Shown here: positions 35,138 through 45,609 of the stretch, piece after piece
Layout of the letters: every line of letters starts with the position of its first letter
How positions within the stretch are numbered: the stretch's first letter is position 1
Source: Hormiphora californensis
Lineage: Eukaryota; Animalia; Ctenophora
Assembly: GCA_020137815.1 (NCBI GenBank)
Contig: CM035361.1
Location: forward strand, 1,240,001 to 1,304,000
Direction: 5' to 3'
DNA: 64,000 bases
Position numbers and translations under genes: made by a program
Notes under the pieces: model-generated
Database searches by the model: none
What the model was told of the DNA's origin: nothing
The model's input: only the letters and a program-made list of their open reading frames with translations

Positions 35138-35765
35138 CTAGTAAGCCCGCTCGCCCTACGGGCGAATGTCGGGGATGGTCAATGGTCATACAGTAACCTA
35201 AGCAAATAGTGTAGTATCATTTGAAATTTTTTAAATCAGTAAATTTATCAGGTGAATTAACCAAAGGGATTCATTTGACAGAAAAACCACGGGTCCTCTT
35301 TTGCCAGGTCCTAAAGTATTTTATGAAGGAGTCGAGTATATTGGCAAAATACTTTCACGTATTATGTACTGTCATTTCTTGTTAGTGCCATTGATACTTT
35401 GTTATTACGTGTGTTGACAACATTTTTTGAATAATAATCACCTCTTTTGTAGAATTCGATCACGTAGTCTATAGGCGTCAGCGCCAGTTTGGGACATATG
35501 GGTCCTCCAAACTCGCTGGCGATTGTGTTGAAGTTGAGTAGTCATATTCAAGAAACGTGGAGAACAGATCAAATCGAGCAAACGATAAATCACACAACCG
35601 GCAGAGAGATGAATCAAGGATGCACGTGCAGTTTAAGGCTCAAGCTGGCAGGTTGCCAGGGTCCAGGGACAACACGTGCAAAAGGCCATTTCCAGGAATT
35701 TTGTGCCATATTTGGTTAAAAAAACGGGACATGGGATTTCCCTATTTGCTTTAATAATAGTATGA
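35138..35765 (-). mobile_element. Short non-autonomous Helitron
   Basis: Minus strand A|TCATACTATTATTAAAGC ... hairpin CGCCCGTAGGGCG ... CTAG|T. Confidence 0.8.
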
Positions 35766-35916
35766 TTTAGTAGAGGTCTCAACGTCTGCTATTACAGAAA
35801 ACTAACATGATGACAAAACGTCAGCACTATGAAATAAAAGGCGGCGTTTATCTCCACCCTAATTTAATCAAAACTAATTTATTTGTAAAACATTCAAACT
35901 TGGTATTCTTAGCAGA

Positions 35917-36869
35917 ATGGAACGAAGAAAGCAGCCAGACCGAAAGTGCAAAGATCCACCATCAGCCCATATTTTACAGTGGGAAGATCAGAGTGTTGCT
36001 GTTTTTTCTCCACGACCTTTCATAAAAACAGAACAGATCTTTGTAAACTCCTACCCACCAGTGAAAACGGAACCAGCTGACAGTGACTCTGGGGGTATCA
36101 AATTTGAACCAGACGTTGATTATAAAGTTGAACCTATTTTATTAACTCTCAAAACGGAACCAGTTGACCCTGAATATTTGGGAATCTTGCCCGATTGTGA
36201 TAACTTGGAACCGATTGGATGTTCTTCTCCCGTCTCTAATTCTTCTAACCTATCATCTCTTGGAATTCCACAAAATGGTAAGTTGCAGTTGCTGTTTGAT
36301 AGGATTGATCCAGAAGGTTTGGCATTTGTACGCTATTCGAATTAGTTAGATCCCATTATGCCGAATCTTTATTCCTTACTTCATTTTCCTCTATCTTTCT
36401 TCCTTCATTCCTTCCTTTTCAGGGGAAGGAAGTGAGGTAGACTCAGGTGCAGATATTCATCCCTCTTCTGCTGATTCCCAAACAGGACCACTAGCTGGCC
36501 CCAGTGAAGTGAACTTGGTATCTATTGTTAAGCGACCATTTCTGTGTGATGATTGTGGAAAAAGCTACACCCACCGGAGCAACCTTAATGAACATAGATT
36601 GGTCCACACTGGAGAAAAGCCCCATAAATGTGATGATTGTGGACAATTGTTCAGCCTTCGGAGCAACTTTAATCGCCACAGATTGGTGCATACCAGAAAA
36701 AGGCCGTACAAATGTGAAGAGTGCGGGAAAGGGTTTTCCCATTCTTCTCGCCTTAAAACTCACATGATGATTCATACTGGAGAAAGGCCATACAAATGTG
36801 AAGAGTGTGGACTGTGGAAGAGGGTTTGTTAGGTCTGATCAACTTAAAGCCCACAAGAAAGTTCACTAA
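35917..36869 (+). CDS. C2H2 zinc-finger gene A (exons 35917-36277, 36423-~36869); 3 fingers plus a frameshifted 4th
   Basis: N-terminal MERRKQPDRKCKDPP domain; CxxC..HxxxH fingers with TGEKP linkers. Confidence 0.85.
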
Positions 36870-37042
36870 GAAGAAAAATCCCTTGAAGAATCAACGCAAG
36901 AAAATCAGAATTAATTTGAAAGTGTGAGAATGCTTCAAAATATTTATTCGTATTCTGAAAGTTGTGAAATGAACGTGTATATAGATATAATGAGGTGACA
37001 TTATATGAGAAATGCAGTGTGAGCAAAACTTTCATTATCATT

Positions 37043-37220
37043 GTATAGGATGGGGAGATTGGGTGTGAGGAGTTGTTAGGATTTAGTAGGATTGCTTCTT
37101 CAGTTAAAAAAGTTGCTGTGAGGGTAGAGTATGTTTCTTTTCAGTGGTCTGGGCTTACTTGAAATTGAGATATTGTAGTGGTTTACATTTTATTGAATCG
37201 TTTCAGTTTTTTACAGATTT
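37043..37220 (+). pseudogene. Remnant of the Sen34 3' end and UTR (copy of 47102-47300)
   Basis: Near-identical to the Sen34 C-terminus and downstream sequence, with an internal deletion. Confidence 0.88.
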
Positions 37221-37228
37221 TGTCAATA

Positions 37229-37384
37229 CAGTCGGACCCCGATTTAACGGGATGCTCTGGGGAAAGGGTTTTGACCGGTAAATCGGGGTGCCCGGTATAT
37301 CGGGGTCAAACACCGTTAATTTCTTATATCGGGGAATTTTATCCTCCCGGTAAATCGAGGTTCCGGTAAATCGGGGTCCGAAAG
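37229..37384. mobile_element. pogo/Tigger-like MITE (family copy 2)
   Basis: TA|CAGTCGGACCCCGATTTAAC...TAAATCGGGGTCCGAAAG|TA. Confidence 0.82.
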
Positions 37385-37484
37385 TATTATTGTTAATTGG
37401 ATTTTTTCCATGATGCGTTTTCTCTGAAAGAACGTTTATATATCCGTTTCCTCACACCTTGTCCCCTATCCCATATTTAGCAGA

Positions 37485-39239
37485 ATGAATCGAAGAAAAC
37501 AGCCAGACCGAAAGTGCAAAGATCCACCATCAGCCGATACTTTACAATGGGAAGATCAGAGTGTTGCTGTTTTTTCACCACGACCTTTCATAAAAACAGA
37601 ACAGATCTTCGTAAACTCCTGCCCACCAGTAAAAACAGAACCAGCTGACACTGAAATGTACTCTGGGGGTATTAAATGTGAACCAGACCGTTGATTATAA
37701 AGTTGAACCTATTTTACTAACTCTCAAAACGGAACCAGTTGACCCTGAACATATGGGAATCTTGCCCGATTGCGATCACGTGGAACCGATTGATTGTTCT
37801 TCTTCCGTCCCTAATTCTTCTAACCTATCACCTCTTTCACTTCCACAAAATAGTAAGTTAATTAAACAGTGGCTATATGGATTTGATTTATTAAAAATTT
37901 AAATATATTTAAAGTTATAAATCAAATCCAGTTGTAGTGCACCGGGTGCCGACAGTGCTCTATCACAGGGTGAGAGCAAATACAAATTGAAACAAGTTAG
38001 TTAGTCAAACAAATGTTTCGCCAAACATTTGTTTGACTAACTAACTTGTTTCAATTTGTATTAAATCAATTACATATAAAATGATGGAAGAAGTTCTATC
38101 CACAATCCACATGCAATGTTTTAGCATGTAACATGTTATACCCCTATGGTGTGGAAGTTATTCTAATTTGACGAAATCTTTCTTCATTCCTTGTTTCTCT
38201 TTCTTTCTCCTTTCATTTCTTCTTTTTTTCAGGCGAAAGAATTGTGGTAGCCTCTGGTAAAGATATTCATCCCTCTCCTGCTGATTCCCAAACAGAACCA
38301 GTAGCTGGCCCCAGTAAAGTGAACCTGGTATCTGCTGTGGAGCAACCTTACCAAATGAGTTCCCTTCATCACCAGAGATTTATTCACTCTGAAAAAAAGC
38401 CCTACAAATGTAAGGAGTGTGGGAAGGGTTTTGCTCGATCTCGTAATCTCAAAGCTCACATAGTGATTCACACTCGAGAAAGGCCCCACAAATGTGATGA
38501 TTGTGGGAAGGGGTTTGATAGATCTGATACCCTCAGAAGACACTTAATGACCCATACCGGAGAAAGACCCTACAAATGTAAGGAGTGTGGGAAAGGTTTT
38601 ACCCAGTCTGGAACCCTCAAAACCCACATGATGATCCATACTGGAGAGTGGCCTTACAAATGTGATGAATGTGGGAAAGGATTTGATAAATCTGGTCACT
38701 TTAAAACTCACATGATGATCCATAGCGGAGAAAGGCCCTACAAATGTAATTATTGTGAGAAGGGGTTTGATAGATCTGATGTACTCAAAATCCACATGAT
38801 GACCCATACCGGAGAATGGCCCCACAAATGTAAGGAGTGTGGTAAAGGGTGCCCTACATCTGATTCTTTTAAAAAACACATGATGACCCATACGGGAGAA
38901 TGGCCCCACAAATGTAAGGAGTGTGGGAAAGGTTTTCCCCATTCTGGATCCCTCAAAATCCACATGATGATCCATACTGATGAAAGGCCTTACAAATGTA
39001 AGGATTGTGGAAAAGGGTTTAACACGTCTGGAAACCTCAAAGCTCACATGGTGATCCACACTGGAGAAAGGCCTTACAAATGTAAGGAATGTGGCAAAAG
39101 GTTTTCCTTGTCCTGTTACCTTAAAACTCACATGATGACCCATACGGGAGAATGGCCCCACAAATGTAAGGATTGTGGAAAAGGGTTTGCCAAGTCTGGA
39201 AAGCTCAAAAGGCACATGATGATTCATACTGGAGATTGA
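37485..39239 (+). CDS. C2H2 zinc-finger gene B (exons 37485-37851, 38233-39239); 10 fingers; +1 indel near 37690
   Basis: Paralogous N-terminal exon and C2H2 array; degenerate fingers continue to ~40034. Confidence 0.85.
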
Positions 39240-39418
39240 GGTCCTATAAATTTAAGAAGAGATCACCTTAAAACTCACGAGAAAATACACAACGAAGAAC
39301 ATTACTTAAAGAATCCATGCAAGGACATCAGAATTCATTTTAAAGTGATTCATACTGGAAAAATACCCTACAAATGTAGGGAGTGTAGGAAAGTGCTCAG
39401 CCAATCTTCATACCTTAA

Positions 39419-39999
39419 AGGGCCTAAAAACCCAAATTTTATTTAATTATTTTGAACACTACATCGTAACGAGCATGCTTTAGGAGTCCCAAAAAACATA
39501 GGTACACGCCCCACCCGCCCAATGTGAGCCCAGGGGGAGCCCCTCAAGTTGGGGCCCAGTTGGGGTCCCCTTGTAAACGCGCTTGTACTCCTTGAAATGC
39601 TAACAATATGATCCTCTCTGAAATTTGAAGTTTTGGGTAAAATTTAGCATTGTGTTTCAGGTGAGAACATAATCTTTCTTGTCTCTGTATTCTGGTAATT
39701 TTTCTCCTAGTTTTGATAGGCTTAAATAATAATTGATGAGAAAGATTATGAAATCTACTAAAACACAAGGATAGTTTCTATCCTAAATTTTATATTTGAG
39801 AGAGGATCATATTGTTAGCATTTCAAGGAGTACAACCGCGTTTACAAGGGGACCCCAAATGGACCCCAACTTGAGTGGCTCCCCCTGGGCTCACCTGGGG
39901 CCCGTGTGGCGTGTACCTATGTTTTTTGGGACTCCAATAGCATGCTTGTTACGATGTAGTGTTCAAAATAATTAAATAAAATTTGGGTTTTTAGGCCCT
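39419..39999. mobile_element. TTAA-TSD MITE with ~200-bp TIRs (Kolobok-like)
   Basis: TTAA|AGGGCCTAAAAACCC...GGGTTTTTAGGCCCT|TTAA, interrupting a vestigial finger SQSSYLK/VHVRRIHIR*. Confidence 0.9.
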
Positions 40000-40390
40000 T
40001 TAAGGTTCATGTTAGAAGAATTCACATACGATGAAATTAGATTCAAATGTGAAATTGCTAAGAAATAATGACACGTATTCAAAAAGTTTAGATTTTCGAA
40101 TGAACATTATAATGTGTCATATATGTGATATCTATTAGTGCCGATTAGTGTCTAGTTAAGTGCGTATTTGATTGAAACCATTTTTAAATTTTCTGTCCTT
40201 CTTGTTGCATCCAATCTCCAATGGGGATTCCTCATTTCTCTAACATTGATTTACCAACCCTTTGTTTGTACAACCCATCTCCCAAAATTACACCCTGATA
40301 TCTTTATAGGTTGATAATGACATAGTATGGCGTACTACAGAGAAACGAAGAGGACGTGTTTGAGGTGTGTATGAGGGTGAGAAATCCAAG

Positions 40391-41773
40391 ATGAAGGTAG
40401 CACATGAAGAGTTGAAGAAGGATATGTCCAGAGAGATTGAGATCTTGAGGGAAAAGGTTGATGGGTTAAAGCATTCAGTTGACGGGTTAAAGCATTCAGC
40501 AGGCGTTAAGGAGCTGGAGAACAGTATTCTGAGAAAAGAGATAAAACGACTGAAGTCATTACAAGAGGATACTGTACTGGTAAGTCATATTATTCTGAAT
40601 TTTCATAACATTTTGTTGTACTGGTAAAACCTTAGCTCTCTTTATGTCATCATATCAGAATTAGTATTGCCCCTGGTGTCTTGTGCAATGCTCTAAATCA
40701 TGATAGTTGATACATTGGTTCATGTTTTCAGTTGTCTGATTTAAAAAAGGAAGGAATGGAATGGAATAAGAACGGTATACTAAAACCCAGCAATAGCAAA
40801 GGACTGAAAGATCCTGGTAAGCAATAGCAAAGGACTGAAAGATCCTGGTAAGCAATAGCAAAGGACTGAAAGATCCTGGTAAGCCAGCAATAGCAAAGGA
40901 CTGAAAGATCCTGGTAAGCAATAGCAATAGCAAAGGACTGAAAGATCCTGGTAAGCCTGTCGTAATACAATTGCAAACCAATAAAGTCTACACTATTCAG
41001 ATACAGTCGGACCCCCATTTAATGGCCCCCGATTCAGCGGCACCCCGATTTAACGGACAAAACCATTTCCCCCAGGGTGCCGTAAATCGGGGTCCGACTG
41101 TATTACAATTTTCATTATTTCAGGTGTTTTGACTGAAATTGAAGATACAAGTATTAGCAATGTTTACACAGAGGCATCTAAAATCATGCCTACCACTGTC
41201 AGAGTTCTCCATCAAATACTTGGGAAAAAAGCTGTGAGTGATATAACTTTATAATTTTTATACTGCCCCGTGACCCTCCTGGCGCGGCTTCTTTACTTGC
41301 ATGAAGAAAACAAGTCTTGGCTCGATATTCCTCCCTCTAATTAATTAAATTTCAAATTACATCATCGTTATCATCTTTCCATTCTGAATTAGGGTGTTGC
41401 CGAAACGGAGTCTATGATAGGCTTTCTGATAGCAGTGATATCTAAAGCAATGAATCAGAAAAACAACCTGTTCGCTGCCCGGCTAGCTTTGGCACTGTCA
41501 GCCGCAGGTAATTTGTAAATAACTGGTCTTTCTATAATCTATACGTAATAATATATCTTTTAGGTTGCCATTATGACTTGATTGAACAGCTGTCGGCATT
41601 TGGAGTTACCTTGTGTAGGACGTCCTTGTTTTTACTAAGGAAGTACGCAACTGAGAACCAAGAATCCCTTCTTAGAACATTCGACCTCCGAGATCCTATA
41701 AGAGAGGTTGATTTTTGTATGACACCGGTGAAAACAACAATGAGTTTTGAAAAGTCGACAGTCGGAATAAATT
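40391..41773 (+). CDS. Five in-phase exons of a transposase-like (DUF6589-associated-type) fragment: 40391-40579, 40732-40816, 41124-41233, 41393-41507, 41564-41773
   Basis: GT-AG junctions with consistent phases: a coiled coil, then VYTEASKIMPTTVRVLHQIL and LIAVISKAMNQKNNLFAARLALALSAAGCHYDLIEQLSAFGVTLC. The family call is from recalled pattern only. Confidence 0.55.
41004..41100. mobile_element. pogo/Tigger-like MITE (family copy 3, short)
   Basis: TA|CAGTCGGACCCCC...AAATCGGGGTCCGACTG|TA. Confidence 0.88.
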
Positions 41774-41796
41774 GTAAGTAAATAACATCATGAGTT

Positions 41797-42705
41797 TTGC
41801 TACTTTTCTCCTCAACCCTTCATAAAAAACAGATCTATGTAAACTCCTGTCCACCAGTGAAAACAGAACCAGTTGACAATGAAATGTGCCCTGAAAGTAT
41901 CAAATGTGAGCCAGACGCTGATTATAAAGTTGAACCTATATTACTAACTCTCAAAACGGAACCAGTTGACCCTGAAACTTTCGGTATCTTACCCGATTGT
42001 GATCATGTGGGACCGATTGATTGTTCTTCTTCTGTGCCTGGTCCATCATCTCTTGGAACTCCACAGAATAGTAAGTCAACCAGTTGCACTGCTATCATAA
42101 TTTCATCTACATAAAGATTTTCTACTAGAATAGTCTACTAGTATAGCACTGTATATTTATATAGTATGTACATATATAATATATTGATATATTCCATCAG
42201 AACATTTAATTGTTAGGTACTTTGGGGCTATTATCTTATTTCCTTTTCAGGGGAAGGAAGTGTTGTACCCTCAAGTAAAGATATTTATCCCTCTTCTGCT
42301 GATGCCCAAACAGAACCACTAGCTGGCCCCAGTAAAGTGAACCTGGCATCTGGTGTTAAACGACCATACCAGTGCGATGATTGTGGAAAAGTGTTCAGCC
42401 TTCGTCGCAATCTTCGTCACCACAGATTCATCCACTTTGGAGAAAAACCCTACAAATGTAAGAAGTGTGGAAAAGAGTATACCCTGTCTGGAAGCCTCCA
42501 TAAACACACATATATGATACATACTGGAGAAAAGCCCCATAAATGTAAAGAGTGTGGCAAAAGGTTTAGGGACTCTGGAAGATTAAATCGCCACATGATG
42601 ATCCATACTGGAGAACGGCCGTACAAATGTAAGGAGTGTAAAAAAGCGTTCAACCAGTCTTCAATCCTCAATCATCATATCAGAACAGTTCACAAACGAT
42701 CATGA
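41797..42705 (+). CDS. C2H2 zinc-finger gene C; exon 1 is 5'-truncated (~41797-42070), exon 2 42251-42705; 4 fingers
   Basis: Homologous to A, B and D but lacks the MERRKQ start. Confidence 0.75.
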
Positions 42706-42967
42706 ATTTAGATTCAATCGTGAAATTGCTAAAAAATATTAACTCGTATTCCAATTTTAGAAATGTTTTATTTTAAAATAAACGCAATGTCTCATGTATC
42801 TGATATCTATTGGTTTCTTGTTAGTATTTTATTAATCCGGTTTATAAATTTTCTGTCTTTTGTTGACTGAAACCTCCATTTCTCTAACCTTGATTGGTCT
42901 TCCTCCCCTTTCCCTCGTTTTCACGCTCTTTACCTCAACTAAAACCATCTATCTTATGTTTAGCAGA

Positions 42968-44463
42968 ATGGAACGAAGGAAACAGCCAGACCGAAAGTGT
43001 AAAGATCCACCATCAGCTGATATTTTACAGTGGGAAGATCAGAGTGTTGTTGTTTTTTCTCCACGACCTTTCATAAAAACAGAACAGATCTTTGTAAACA
43101 CCGACCCACCAGTGAAAACAGAACCAACTGACAATGAAATGCACTCTGGGGGTATTAAATGTGAACCAGACGTTGATTATAAAGTTGAACCTATTTTACT
43201 AACTCTCAAAACGGAACCAGTTGACCCTGAAACTTTCGGAATCTTACCCGATTGTGATAACTTGGAACCGAGTAAATTTTCTTCTCCCGTCCCTAATCCT
43301 TCATCTCTTCCACTTCCACAAAATAGTAAGTTACACAGTAGCTTTATGGATTTGATTTATTAAATCGTACTACTATAGAATGGAAGAAGTTCTATTATAT
43401 TAGAAGTTTTAGCATGTTATGCTACTCTTGGGTCAAAGTTCTTCTAATTTGCCGAAATCTTTCTTCATTCCTTCCTTTCCACTGTCTTTCTCCTTTCATT
43501 CCTTCCTTTTCAGGGGAAGGAAGTGCGGTAGCCTCGAAAAAATATACTCATCCCTCTCCTGCTGATTCCCAAATAGAACCACTAGCTGGCCCCAGTAAAG
43601 TGAACCTGGTATCTGGTGTTAAACGACCATTTCAGTGTGATGATTGTGGAAAAAGCTTCAGCTGCCGGGGAACCCTTAATCGCCACAGATTGATCCACAC
43701 TGGAGAAAAGCCCCATAAATGTGATGATTGTGGAAAAGGGTTTACTAGATCTGCGAACCTCAAAGTTCACATGATGACCCATACCGGAGAAAGACCCTAC
43801 AAATGTAAGGAGTGTGGTAAAGGGTTTTCCTTGTCTCAAACCCTCAAATTCCACATGATGATTCACACTGGAGAAAAGCCCCATAAATGTGATGATTGTG
43901 GAAAAAGCTTCAGCTACGGGGGAACCCTTAGTCGCCACAGAATGATCCACACTGGAGAAAAGCCCCATAAATGTGATGATTGTGGAAAAGGGTTTACTAG
44001 ATCTGCTAAGCTCAAAGTTCACATGATGACCCATACCGGAGAAAGACCCTACAAATGTAAGGAGTGTGGTAAAGGGTTTTCCTTGTCTCGAACCCTCAAA
44101 TTCCACATGATGATCCACACTGGTAATAAGCCCCACAAATGTAAGGACTGTGGTAAAGGGTGTGCTACATCTTATTCTCTTAAAAAACATATGATGACCC
44201 ACTCGGGAGAATGGCCCCACAAATGTAAGGAGTGTGGGAAAGGTTTTTCTGAGTCTGCAACCCTCAAAACCCACATGATGATCCATACTGATGAAAGGCC
44301 TTACAAATGTAAGGATTGTGGAAAAGGGTTTACCAAGTCTGGAAACCTCAAAGATCACATGCTGATTCACACCGGAGAACGGCCTTACAAATGTAAGGAG
44401 TGTGACAAAGGATTTTTAAGATCTGATCACCTCAAAGCGCACATGTTTGTCCATGAAAATTGA
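42968..44463 (+). CDS. C2H2 zinc-finger gene D (exons 42968-43325, 43514-44463); 10 fingers; degenerate fingers continue to ~44720
   Basis: Intact N-terminal exon plus C2H2 array. Confidence 0.9.
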
Positions 44464-45333
44464 AAAACACATAATGATCCATTCGGGAGAAAGACCCTAC
44501 AAATGTGAATATTGTGAAAAAGGGTTTGCATTGTCTATAAACCTCCAAAAGCACGTCATGATGATTCATACTGGAAAATGGCCTTACAAATGTAAAGAGT
44601 GTGGGAAAGAATGTGCTACATCTGATAGTCTTAAAAAGCACATGATCATGCATGATAATTTATACCGGAGAAAGGCCCTACAATGTAAGGAGGGCCCTAC
44701 AATGTAAGGAATGTGGGAAAGCATTGTGAGAATATTTATTCGTATTCTAAAAGTTATGATTTTGAGTTGACTCAAAATATCATATACACATGACTTACCA
44801 GTTTTTTTAAGTCGCCTGAAATTTCAAAAGTTTTTCAACAAATTTACATTTAGTTATGAAACCCGATAGCTGATTTATCGGTCGTTTGAAGATTTTGCGC
44901 GCTCATGATAACTGCTAGCTGGGGGATTTAACACCCTGCTCGCGATTTATCAGGCCAGTGTCCTTTTTCACGCGTTTCTCTTCATTTGAATAACATGCGT
45001 GTAAAATTCTAAGTATTGAAAATGTGTGTAAACACACAGTTCTGTCAACAAAAGAAAGGGGAAACATGTCTGCAACACGTTTCAATGCTATCTCTCTCAT
45101 AAGGAGTGAAAAGAATCTCATTCTCTCTCATTGTCTCTTTTACTGTTCACTACCTCTGACAGTGTGTATTGCCCCTAATCTTTCTCTCTCTTTCTCAAAC
45201 ATGTTAGGAACAGTAGACAGTAAGTCTACACACATTTTCAGGGTATCTGTTGACTATTTACCAGCAGTTCTAGTGTGTTTCACCTTGTGTTGTGTCTCTT
45301 ATTTGTGTGTAATTACTATCGGGTTTCATAAAA

Positions 45334-45526
45334 TATGAACGTTTGTTAGCCTATCGCGTTATAGGTTTAAATCACCTCCCCCTCACCCTCGGCTGGCGCC
45401 TCGGGATCGGCGTCGGGATTTAAACCAGTTTAATCGCCCTGCCGGGCGATTAAACTCCAGTTGGCTGTCCCCAGCTCGCGCTGGGAACAGCCAACTTCAT
45501 AACGCGCCAGTCTACAAACGTTCATA
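45334..45526. mobile_element. TA-flanked small element with terminal inverted repeats and three internal hairpins
   Basis: TATGAACGTTTGT...ACAAACGTTCATA; internal stems TTTAAATC/GATTTAAA, TTAATCGCCC/GGGCGATTAA, AGTTGGCTGT/ACAGCCAACT. Confidence 0.7.
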
Positions 45527-45609
45527 CTTCATTTATCAGTTTGTTTATATTCCTTTCCGCGGGGGTTTCCTTCATTCCAAACCCATCTTCTTCCCTAGTT
45601 AGGATTCTA

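Noticed and set aside
38229-44370. Long antisense ORFs over the zinc-finger arrays
   Set aside because: Common shadow frames of repetitive C2H2 coding DNA.
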